Of a stretch of 64,000 bases of DNA, positions 30,630-39,468 are shown in pieces. A program made the translations under genes and the position numbers. Source of the stretch: Candidatus Latescibacterota bacterium (GTDB taxonomy: Bacteria; Latescibacterota; UBA2968; UBA8231); NCBI GenBank assembly GCA_965248265.1, contig CBDFJF010000002.1:4000001-4064000 (forward strand), in the 5' to 3' direction. Each line of letters starts with the position of its first letter. Position 1 is the first letter of the stretch. A model generated the notes under the pieces. It was not told where the DNA came from, searched no databases, and saw only the letters and a program-made list of their open reading frames with translations.

Positions 30630-33454
30630 CTGCTTCCTTGATCGGCGAGACACCTGCCCGTGTGCGAACCTGGTGTTGCAGCGATTTCATCCGGGGTTCC
30701 CACGGCAACGATCTGGCCACCATCCTCTCCTGACTCGGGTCCTACATCGATGACATAATCGGCGCATCGAATGACATCCAGATCATGCTCGACGACGACG
30801 ACCGTGTGACCGCCCTCGACGAGAAGCTGCAGAAGCTCGATCAAGTATTCGACGTCCCGAATGTGGAGGCCCGTCGTCGGCTCGTCCAGTATGTAGAGGA
30901 TTCTGGCGTCGATCGAACGGCTCAGTTCAGCCGTCAACTTGAGACGCTGAGCCTCTCCTCCGGACAGGCTGCTCGCGGGTTGACCGAGCACGAGATAACC
31001 CAGGCCGAGATCGCTCAACATGCGCAGGCGTCGTTCGATCTGGGGAATGGCCTCGAACAACGCCAGTGCTTCGGTGACGCTCATCGCCAGGACATCGACG
31101 ATGCTGGCCTGGCGAAACCGGATATCCAGGATTTCCGTCTTGAAGCGTTGACCGCTGCACGTCGCGCAGGGTTGAGCCAGGTTTTCGAACTGACCGTGCC
31201 TTCGTGGTCCCAATCCGGTCCCTCCGCACTGACCACAAGCACCGCCGGGCACATTGAAGCTGAAATGGGCGGGCTTGTAGCCCCGCAATCTGGCTTCGGG
31301 AAGTTCGGCGTAGAGCCGCCTGACGTGGGTCAGTAGGCCTGAATAGGAAGCGGCGTTCGAGCGCGTACTGCGACCGATTGATTTCTGATCCACGGCCATC
31401 ACGCTGCCAATGTGCTCCAGGCCTGTACAGGTGCTGAATGGCAGCGGTGGCTGCTGCGTCTTGCGGAGTCGAGCGGCAACGGCTCGGTAGAGGGTTCCAT
31501 GCACCAGACTGCTCTTGCCTGAGCCCGAAACGCCGGTCACAGCCACGAGGCATTGCAGCGGCACGGAGGCATCGATCCCCTTGAGATTGTGTCCGGTCGC
31601 CCCCTTGAGTTCCAACCAGCCGTGTGCTCCCGGAGATCGCCGCCGGGCAGAGACGGCCTGTCGTTCACCGCGCAGATAGCGCGCGGTGGATGAGGACGCG
31701 TTCGCCACATCACCCGGCGTACCCTGGGTGATCACCTCACCACCCTCCACCCCGGCTCCCGGTCCCATTTCGACGAGGTAGTCGGCACACTCAAGGATGG
31801 CAAGGTCGTGCTCGACGACAAGCAGGGTGTTGCCCTGATCTCGCAAACGCATCAAGGCTCCGGCCAGACGATCGGCATCCCTGGCATGGAGTCCCACGCT
31901 GGGCTCATCCAGCACGTAAAGCATTCCCGTCATCTCAGAGCCCAGAGCCGCTGCCAGACGAAGGCGTTGGAGTTCCCCACTGGAGAGGGTGTTGGCCGAC
32001 CTGTCCAGGGCGAGATACCCAAGACCCAGCTCCTCTATGGTATCCAATCGACGCGTCGTCTGGTGGACGATCGTCTCACCCATGGGCCGACGCGACTCCG
32101 GAAACTCCAGATTCCTCAAGAAACCCAGAGTCGCGCTCACCGGCTTTGACATCAGGGACGCGATCGTTTCCTCGGCAAGCCAGACGGACAGCGAATGCAC
32201 GGAAAGCCTCGAGCCCTCACACTGCGCGCACGGACGCTCACCGAGACGCTCCTCCAGCCAGGTGAGTTCATCCCCTTCAGCCAGTGCCGCCCGGCGTTCC
32301 AGCCAGCGGCGCAACCCGGGGAACGCAGCGACCTTCTTAGCCGACCGCCCAGAGCACGAGCCGGAAGCAGTTCCTCCTGTCGCACGAGCCCTGCCTGCCT
32401 TCCAAAATTTGGCAGCCTTGTCCGCCGGCCACTCACCGATGAGCTGCTGGGGATCCGCGCCGATCCGTTCGCACTGAAGGATGACGTGGTCCCTGAGCCC
32501 TTCGTGGCCGAACTCACTCCACAGTGGGCCCAGCGCTTCATCGAGGAGTTGGGATTGGTCGCTGAAGAAGCGGTCGAATTCCATTCCGGCCTGAACGCCG
32601 GTACCGCGGCACTCTGCACAGGCCCCGCGCGGGCTGTTGAACGAGAACAGGCCTGGCGTAATCGGTTCGAAGGGTTCGCCACAATCCGAGCAAGATGGTT
32701 GGGTCGAAAACTTCATGTCTGTCTGACCGTCATCGTCGGCGCGCGCCAGCGTGAGCCGGCCACCACTCAACTCCACGGCCGCCTCGAGCGAACCCTTGAG
32801 TCGCACCAGGGCATCAGGCTTGACCACGAGTCGGTCGACGACGACCTCAACCATTGAGCCGGTTTCGATGCAAGCGGGTTCGACCTCAGCCAGCTGAACG
32901 AGATCACTCCCCCCAACCCGGAGACGGCCGAACCCCGAACGTTCGATTCGCTCCAGCCACTCCCCATGCACACCACCGCCTTCTACCTTTACCGGAGCCA
33001 TTATGATGAGCCGCGTGCCCTCGCCCAGGCCAGCTGCCCGCTCGTACACCTCCTCGAAACGGTGAACGATGACCGCGGCCCCACACGCGGGACAAAGCGG
33101 TTGTCCCATTCGGGCAAACAGCAGGCGGAAGTACTCGTAGGTGCCTGACAAGGTGCCCGCTGTTGAGCGCGGGTCCGCGCGGACGCCTGCCTGATCGATG
33201 GCGATGGGTGGTGCCAACCCCTCGAGTCTGTCCACGCGGGGTTGCCGCAGTCGACTGCTGCTGCGCCCGCCGATTGGATCCAGAGCGGCGTGAAACCGTC
33301 GCTGCGCTTCCGCGTAAACGGTGTCGAAAGCCAGAGAGGATTTCCCCGAGCCGGAAACGCCGCAGAGGACCACCAGGCTGTTGTGCGGCAGGTCCAGGTC
33401 GACACCCTTGAGGTTGTGTTCACTAGCTCCGCGTATGGACAGTATTCTGGGCAT
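30605..33454 (-). CDS. uvrA: Excinuclease ABC subunit A (divergent UvrA)
   Basis: HNLK, two GVSGSGKSS Walker A, LSSGE/LSGGE signatures, LDEP, Zn-finger CxxC pairs. Confidence 0.92.
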
Positions 33455-33477
33455 CTGGCTCCAGTTTATCTACTTTT

Positions 33478-33501
33478 GGTGCTATCAGAGGTGCTATCAG
33501 A
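33478..33501. repeat. Perfect 12-bp direct repeat in the uvrA / cytochrome c divergent intergenic region
   Basis: GGTGCTATCAGA x2, followed by degenerate TTGTAATTGTCAGA. Confidence 0.8.
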
Positions 33502-33543
33502 TTGTAATTGTCAGATCAGTCGCATCACACAGTGAGCTCTGGA

Positions 33544-34305
33544 ATGCCGCGAAAAAAATCCCCGCCAACCTGGCGTTCAGTCTCGTTGACAACGTGCGCG
33601 GTCTTGGCCTTCGCCGTTGACATCGAGGCCCAAACGGCCCCAAAGGGAGTCTGGGTTGAAGGGCGCTCGCTCTTTCATTCCCCCGCGGTCAGCACGAACG
33701 GGCTGGCCTGCATCCACTGCCATGCCGATTTCGATGAAAAACGCGACAATGACGGTCTCTTGCGGGCCGGGTACAGCCTCGCCAATTCGGCCAGCCGCCA
33801 GACCTACTGGGGACAGGAACTCGAGGATCCGGACCGCTATCAGGACATTGCCCACGCCGGCGTCGTTTGCGTGGAGACCTTCATGCGCAATCCCAAGAAA
33901 CTCACGGCCGAGCAGCTGGTCGATCTGCAGGCCTACCTGAAGCGGATCAATCGACGCCCGATACTGACACCGCAGGTGTACGCCGCGGGAGGAGATCTGA
34001 CTGGAGAGTATGTAGGCTTTGAGGGTGGTGACAAGATCCTGGGGCGAGGTGTGTTCTACGCAGCCTGCCATAGCTGCCACCCCAACGGCAATGCCGGAAT
34101 CGCCCCGTCCCTTCCACGCGACCGGGACCCCGCCTTTTACGCCCGGAAGGTTCGCGAAGGCAACGGCCTGGGCTTGGTGTATTCAGCCATCAATCCGAAC
34201 GCCTACGATCCTGCTGCCAACCTGGTCATGCCCTTCTTCGGCCTCGACAGACTGTCGAACAAACAGCTCAGGGACATCATCGCCTACATCAAGAGCCTAC
34301 CCTGA
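33544..34305 (+). CDS. Periplasmic diheme c-type cytochrome (TsdA/SoxA-like layout)
   Basis: Signal peptide, CIHCH and CHSCH, extra Cys (VVCVETFM) and MPF. Confidence 0.85.
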   Translation: MPRKKSPPTWRSVSLTTCAVLAFAVDIEAQTAPKGVWVEGRSLFHSPAVSTNGLACIHCHADFDEKRDNDGLLRAGYSLANSASRQTYWGQELEDPDRYQDIAHAGVVCVETFMRNPKKLTAEQLVDLQAYLKRINRRPILTPQVYAAGGDLTGEYVGFEGGDKILGRGVFYAACHSCHPNGNAGIAPSLPRDRDPAFYARKVREGNGLGLVYSAINPNAYDPAANLVMPFFGLDRLSNKQLRDIIAYIKSLP

Positions 34306-34319
34306 ACTGAGGTCTCAAC

Positions 34320-35045
34320 TCAACCCGCCAGTCTCACCAGGGATTCCGCGTGCTGCAGGGCACTTGGCGTATCGACATCCTGCCACCATGAATCCCCGAC
34401 GTCGAGGTAGAGCAGTTGTCCCGCTTCGATAATCGTCTCCAGCCCGGCACTCAGCGTCACATCTCCGCCCGTGGGCGAGGCTGCCAGGCGCACGCTCTCG
34501 ACCAACTCACTCGAACAGACAAACATCCCTGTGTCGATGGCGTTGTAGTGTTCAAGCTGCTTGCCCAGCGCCCGAACACGATCCTCTTCCAGCAGCGCTT
34601 TCGTCGCATCATCCATATCATGGATTTCCTGTAATTTGCGATCGATGGCCAGCACGACTTGTCCGGATTCGACCCGTTGACTGCACATGCTATCGACAAT
34701 TCGTGGATCGAAAACGTGATCGGCCATGGTGAGGACGAATTGCCGGCCCAATAGCGGAGCCGCTGCGAGTACCGATGTTCCGTTGCCTCGCTCCCAGTCC
34801 TCGTTGACGACAAAGGTGATATGCGCCTGGATCGACTCACATGCCTGCAGCATGGAGCGCAAGGGATCGCCTGTCGGACTGATGGTGATGGTGATATCCC
34901 GCACGCCTGAATCGAGCAGTCGCTCGCAGGTGTGCTGGAGTATGGGCTTGCCCGCCACTTCGACCATCGCCTTGTGCGGCTGAGCCACGTGGCCGACGAT
35001 ACGGCTGCCGGCGCCCGCGGCCAAGATCAGAGCCTGCTCGATCAA
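34320..35045 (-). CDS. Nucleotidyltransferase (IPCT/LicC-like cytidylyltransferase family)
   Basis: ALILAAGAGSR..HK, NG.S, MADH, DDATK, IDTGMF, WQDVDT. Confidence 0.88.
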   Translation of the reverse strand: MIEQALILAAGAGSRIVGHVAQPHKAMVEVAGKPILQHTCERLLDSGVRDITITISPTGDPLRSMLQACESIQAHITFVVNEDWERGNGTSVLAAAPLLGRQFVLTMADHVFDPRIVDSMCSQRVESGQVVLAIDRKLQEIHDMDDATKALLEEDRVRALGKQLEHYNAIDTGMFVCSSELVESVRLAASPTGGDVTLSAGLETIIEAGQLLYLDVGDSWWQDVDTPSALQHAESLVRLAG

Positions 35046-35065
35046 CTCAGAATCCGCAACGGTGT

Positions 35066-35848
35066 TCAGGGAGCTGTGAGATGCATGCGTGGCAGGGCAT
35101 GCTCGAGTGCCTGCTCATAGTCTTCGATGGAGTCGATTTCCGCCCAGGGCAGGTCGGAGACATCCACAGCGTACAGTTGCCGTGCGGCGATCAGTGGGCC
35201 ATACGCGGAGGTCGGGAACAGCTGTCCTTCTTGTGCGGCAAGCCGCTCCACCTCGGCGGCCAACGTGCAGGCGCCGGAGCTACAGAAACGGGCAACCTGC
35301 GCGCTTAGCCCGTGAGAAGTGGCCGGATCGAGTTGCTTGCTGATGGCCTCGATGCAGTCCTCAACGGAGTCCTCGACGCAGTCCTCGACGCAGTCCTGTG
35401 CTGTAAGCCTGACACCCATCTCGCCAACTGGACGAGGAGCCTTCAAATCCACGGCGATGACGTTGGGTCGGTCGATCTCGGCCAAGCGGCGGGCGATTTC
35501 CGTATGGAACACGATATCGCAGTTGAGCAGAAAGAGATCTGTATCGAGTTCATGCTTGGCCAGAAACAAAGAGTAGAGGCTGTTCGTCTTGTCATAGTCG
35601 GGGTTTTCCACGAAGCGCACGAGTGCGCCTTCAGGTCGATCCCGCAACTTGTTGGTGCAGTGAACGATAACCTGCTCGGACTCGTACCCGACGACGATGA
35701 CTAAGTCCTCGACTCCTACAGCTAACATGGCGTCAATCTGATGGTCCAGAATGGCTCCATTGCCAAAATCGACCAGACACTTGGGTCGATTCACCGTCAA
35801 TGGATGCAGGCGTTTGCCCAAACCGGCGGCAAGGATAATCGCTCTCAT
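35066..35848 (-). CDS. Phosphocholine cytidylyltransferase-family nucleotidyltransferase
   Basis: MRAIILAAGLGKRL..PKCL, NPDY..TN..YSL, LNCD, WAEID. Confidence 0.88.
   Translation of the reverse strand: MRAIILAAGLGKRLHPLTVNRPKCLVDFGNGAILDHQIDAMLAVGVEDLVIVVGYESEQVIVHCTNKLRDRPEGALVRFVENPDYDKTNSLYSLFLAKHELDTDLFLLNCDIVFHTEIARRLAEIDRPNVIAVDLKAPRPVGEMGVRLTAQDCVEDCVEDSVEDCIEAISKQLDPATSHGLSAQVARFCSSGACTLAAEVERLAAQEGQLFPTSAYGPLIAARQLYAVDVSDLPWAEIDSIEDYEQALEHALPRMHLTAP
35347..35397. repeat. 12-bp in-frame tandem repeat (~4 copies) encoding DCVE/DSVE/DCIE
   Basis: cctcgatgcagt cctcaacggagt cctcgacgcagt cctcgacgcagt cct. Confidence 0.88.
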
Positions 35849-36008
35849 GTGCCTTAGGTCCTCGTTGGCACTGCATCAGGGGAAGTGGAGGTGAATGGTA
35901 TGGCCGGGAACTACCGGCCGTACCCAAGGTTGTTGAGCGAATATAACCCAAATTCGATTGTGGCAGCTCAAGCAGGCGAACTGACCTTGGCAAAAAGCGC
36001 CTATGTCG

Positions 36009-36037
36009 TTGACCAGACGTGGGTTAATGAGTATATT
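36009..36037 (+). promoter_or_regulatory. Sigma70-like promoter of the lipid/export operon
   Basis: TTGACC-N17-TATATT, ~70 nt upstream of ATG 36106. Confidence 0.65.
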
Positions 36038-36105
36038 CGCTGGGTCTCAAGCCCGTCTTCATCCTCCGAAATCGATCGAGCACCCGCGACAGTCTATTCC
36101 ATTCC

Positions 36106-36873
36106 ATGAAGGCCCTAATCCTTTCTGCCGGACGGGGTCGTCGGCTCTGGCCGTATACCGCCGACGCCCCGAAGTGCCTGCTCCCTGTTGGGGGCGGTGA
36201 CATCCTTGGACACCAGCTCGAAAATCTCGTGAAAGCCGGCGTCACTCAGGTGGTGCTGGTAGGCGGCCATGGTCTCCACCGAATGAGACGGAGAATATCA
36301 ACCGTTCCTGAGGGAATCACGGTAAGGCTCCTCTTCAACCCGTTTTTTGCGATCTCTGACAATCTGGTGTCCCTGTGGGCTGCCCGATCGGAGATGGACC
36401 AGGGCTTCATCCTTTTGAACGGCGATAATCTGCTCCATCCCGAGATCCTCAGCCCCCTGCTGGCAGCTGATGGCGACTGCTGTCTGCTTGCTCAGCGCAA
36501 GGGGTCCTTCGGGGCCGACGACATGAAGGTGCAGGTGGCAGGCGACCGCGTTACTCGCATCGGCAAGTCCCTGCCCCGCGACCAAACCGATGCCGAATCG
36601 GTGGGAATCATTCGCTTTTCGGCACAAGGCGCAACCCGTATGCGTCGGGCTCTGGAAGAGGTACTGACCCAGCGCGCGGCCATGCGCCGGTTCTTCGTGG
36701 ACGCCATCCAGCATTTGATTGACCAGGGCCTTACCGTGAACTGGGCGGATACCAAGGGACTGCCCTGGATAGACGTCGACACCCCGGAAGACCTGGAGTT
36801 CGCCCAGAAGAATTTCCTTCGCCTGTTCGCCATCGACTCGGCCCTGTCAGCAATCGTTGAGGATCGTTCGTGA
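36106..36873 (+). CDS. Phosphocholine cytidylyltransferase-family nucleotidyltransferase
   Basis: MKALILSAGRGRRL..PKCL, NPFF...DNLVS, LNGD, DDMKV, IGK.L, ESVG, WIDVD. Confidence 0.9.
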   Translation: MKALILSAGRGRRLWPYTADAPKCLLPVGGGDILGHQLENLVKAGVTQVVLVGGHGLHRMRRRISTVPEGITVRLLFNPFFAISDNLVSLWAARSEMDQGFILLNGDNLLHPEILSPLLAADGDCCLLAQRKGSFGADDMKVQVAGDRVTRIGKSLPRDQTDAESVGIIRFSAQGATRMRRALEEVLTQRAAMRRFFVDAIQHLIDQGLTVNWADTKGLPWIDVDTPEDLEFAQKNFLRLFAIDSALSAIVEDRS

Positions 36874-37013
36874 ACCTCGGCCTGATGTATCGCTTCGCCA
36901 TGCAGACCGGCTCCGGCAGCCTGCTGTTGACGGCGCCGTCGCGCCAGGTTGGAGTAGTGGTCGGATCCTCCGTCGATGTGCTCGCCGCCGCCCGAGCGGA
37001 GGATGCCAGATGA
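36870..37013 (+). CDS. Small 47-aa ORF, translationally coupled at both ends
   Basis: GTGA overlap with the upstream stop, ATGA overlap with the downstream start, GAGG upstream; MNLGLMYRFAMQTGSGSLLLTAPSRQVGVVVGSSVDVLAAARAEDAR. Confidence 0.45.
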   Translation: MNLGLMYRFAMQTGSGSLLLTAPSRQVGVVVGSSVDVLAAARAEDAR

Positions 37014-38062
37014 GGATTCTGAGGACCCTGCTACCCGGCCTCGGTGTGCTGTTGCTGGGCTACCTCATCGGCGAGCTCGGCTTTCCTTCCATCCTGGAGA
37101 ACCTGGCCCAGATAAAGTGGTCGTTCCTGGCGGTGCTGGGATTGGCGTTCTCCTGGCATGTGACGAATTCCATCGCATGGTACTTCGCCTTTTTGCCCGA
37201 TGCCTTTCGTCCACGGCTACGGACGTTGTTCATGGCGAAACTCGCAGGTGAGTCAGTGAATCAGCTGACACCGTTGGCCAACCTGGGAGGAGAACCGCTC
37301 AAGGCGTACCTGCTCAAGAATCAATCGCCGACGTCCCGGGGACTGGCCTCCGTCGTTATCAATAAAACAGCCCAGATCATGACTGGATTCCTGCTCACGG
37401 TAGTGGCCGTGGGGTTGATCGCCTTCTACTGGGACCTGCCAAGAGCTCTACCGCTGTCTGTGCGCTTCGGTCTGCCGGCTCTCATCCTTGGCGCGGCCTT
37501 GCTCATCTGGGTGTTGTACCGGCGTCAACAACGCCTGTTTTCATCGCTGCTGGCTGGCCTGCGCCGCCTGGGCTTCAATCCCGACTCCCTCGAAGCACGC
37601 ATGGCCAAGGCGGTCCGCATCGATGCCAACATCAGTCTGTTCTACCGAGAGCATAAGCTGCGCTTCTTTCTGGTCCTGCTATTCCACACGGCTGGATGGA
37701 TGCTCGGGGCGTGCGAGACCTTTGTTGTCCTCGAAGCCCTGAACACCGGCGTCGGCTTTGAGATCGCCTTCTTGATCACGTTCCTGGCCGTCGTCATCAA
37801 CAGTCTGTTCTTCTTCATGCCCTCCAACATCGGCGTCATGGAATCGGGCCACGTTTTCCTATTCGTAACCCTCGGTCTGTCGCCGGCCATCGGGCTGTCG
37901 GTCGGCATCGCCAAGCGCATGAGGAAGATTGTCTGGATCTGCATCGGCTGGTTGTTCCTGACCTATCTGAGCCGGTCCGTCAGCGTCGTCATCCCACACC
38001 GAAAGGTCGGCTCCGCCAGTCAGGCGCCTGACCCGTTCGAGCCAGAATACCGGGTCGGATGA
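37010..38062 (+). CDS. Lysylphosphatidylglycerol-synthase TM domain (flippase-like) membrane protein
   Basis: ~8 TM helices, N..TP.ANLGGEP.K motif, P.NIGV.E, KR.R near the C-terminus. Confidence 0.85.
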   Translation: MRILRTLLPGLGVLLLGYLIGELGFPSILENLAQIKWSFLAVLGLAFSWHVTNSIAWYFAFLPDAFRPRLRTLFMAKLAGESVNQLTPLANLGGEPLKAYLLKNQSPTSRGLASVVINKTAQIMTGFLLTVVAVGLIAFYWDLPRALPLSVRFGLPALILGAALLIWVLYRRQQRLFSSLLAGLRRLGFNPDSLEARMAKAVRIDANISLFYREHKLRFFLVLLFHTAGWMLGACETFVVLEALNTGVGFEIAFLITFLAVVINSLFFFMPSNIGVMESGHVFLFVTLGLSPAIGLSVGIAKRMRKIVWICIGWLFLTYLSRSVSVVIPHRKVGSASQAPDPFEPEYRVG

Positions 38063-39468
38063 TTCTCCGTCGACTCGCGCCAGGTCCGTTGCGTTGTGCG
38101 GTCCGCCTGGGACTCGTGGCCTCCGCCATTACCGTCGTCACCCTGCAGGCATGGCCTTTGGTCGCAGACGACGCCATCGTCTATGGACTTCCCGATCTCG
38201 TCGCACGCGCATTGCAGCACAACCCTTCCGTCCAACAGGAACGCTGGAAAACCGAGCAGGCCACGGCCGATCTCACCCAGGCGCGAGCCGCCCGCTTTCT
38301 GCCACACCTTCGACTGGAGACCGTTGGCGGCCTCGTCCCGGACGCCGAAGGAGATGTCTTCAATCCTCCCTCGGATACAACTGGGCTCAGAGGACTCGGC
38401 CCGTTCGGTCGGGCTGAACTGCAGTTCGTTCAGCCTCTCTACACATTCGGATTGCTGTCCGATATGAGGGATGCTGCGGCAGCTGGCGTCAAGGTTGCCG
38501 AAGCCGCCCGCGCCGATGCGGAGTTAAAAGCATCGCTGGAAATAAAGGAGCTCTATTATGGCCTGCTCCTCGCACAGGAATTGGAAACGCTGGCCTCCAA
38601 ACTGAGTTCGGAACTGAAGGAGCGGCAAGAAGAGGTTGATCTGGATGACCCTTCCCTGCCGTTGAGCACCGGATACAAACTGAAGCTTGCCTCGCTGGAG
38701 CTCGACTCGAGATTGCGTGAGGTCAGCAAGAAATCGCAACTGGCTCGGGCGACGCTGGCCTGGCGCTGCGCCATTCCCGACGATGAGGACTGGCAGCCGC
38801 TGGCCGAACACCTGGTTCAGGATTCGACCCGGGTGCCTCCGCTCGACTCCCTCATGGCGGTAGCCGCCGTCCAGCGTCCCGAATGGCGACAGCTCAGCGC
38901 CGGCATCAGCGCCCGCCGCTCCCTGGAATCCGCAGCCGCTTCTGCTTTTTATCCGCAGTTCTTTCTGGCCGGCGGCTGGCGGTATGGCTTAGCCCCCAAC
39001 CGCACAGATCAGCACAACCCCTTCGTCAAAGACGACTTCAATTTTTCCAGTCTGGGCATGTTCATCGGCATGCGGCAGTCCTTTGAATGGGGCCTGCTGA
39101 ACGCCAAGCGCAACAAAGCACGGGCACAGCTGCTCGAACTCAAGTCGCAGGAACAGGCTGCAGTTGAGGGAATCCGCCTGGACGTCTCCAGAGCCCATGG
39201 CGACTTCCTGGGGGCGGAGGCTGGCCTGGAATCGGCACATGAGGGCCGTAGACTCGGACGTCAATGGGTCAACCTCGCGCGCGACGAGTACGAGTTCACC
39301 GAGGAGGCAGAGGACCTCAAGGCCCTGGTGAGCGCATTCGAGGGATTCGCTGAGACGGAACAAGCCTATCATCAGGCGGTCTATGACTACAACGTCGCCC
39401 TGGCCCGACTCGAGCGAGCCGTGGGCATGGCGTTTACACCACCCCCTTCTGCAAGGAGGTCCGATTGA
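38059..39468 (+). CDS. TolC-family outer membrane channel
   Basis: Signal peptide, AL..NP, A.A..LP, A...RPE, AFYPQF, Y..AVYDYN.ALARLERAVG. Confidence 0.88.
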   Translation: MILRRLAPGPLRCAVRLGLVASAITVVTLQAWPLVADDAIVYGLPDLVARALQHNPSVQQERWKTEQATADLTQARAARFLPHLRLETVGGLVPDAEGDVFNPPSDTTGLRGLGPFGRAELQFVQPLYTFGLLSDMRDAAAAGVKVAEAARADAELKASLEIKELYYGLLLAQELETLASKLSSELKERQEEVDLDDPSLPLSTGYKLKLASLELDSRLREVSKKSQLARATLAWRCAIPDDEDWQPLAEHLVQDSTRVPPLDSLMAVAAVQRPEWRQLSAGISARRSLESAAASAFYPQFFLAGGWRYGLAPNRTDQHNPFVKDDFNFSSLGMFIGMRQSFEWGLLNAKRNKARAQLLELKSQEQAAVEGIRLDVSRAHGDFLGAEAGLESAHEGRRLGRQWVNLARDEYEFTEEAEDLKALVSAFEGFAETEQAYHQAVYDYNVALARLERAVGMAFTPPPSARRSD

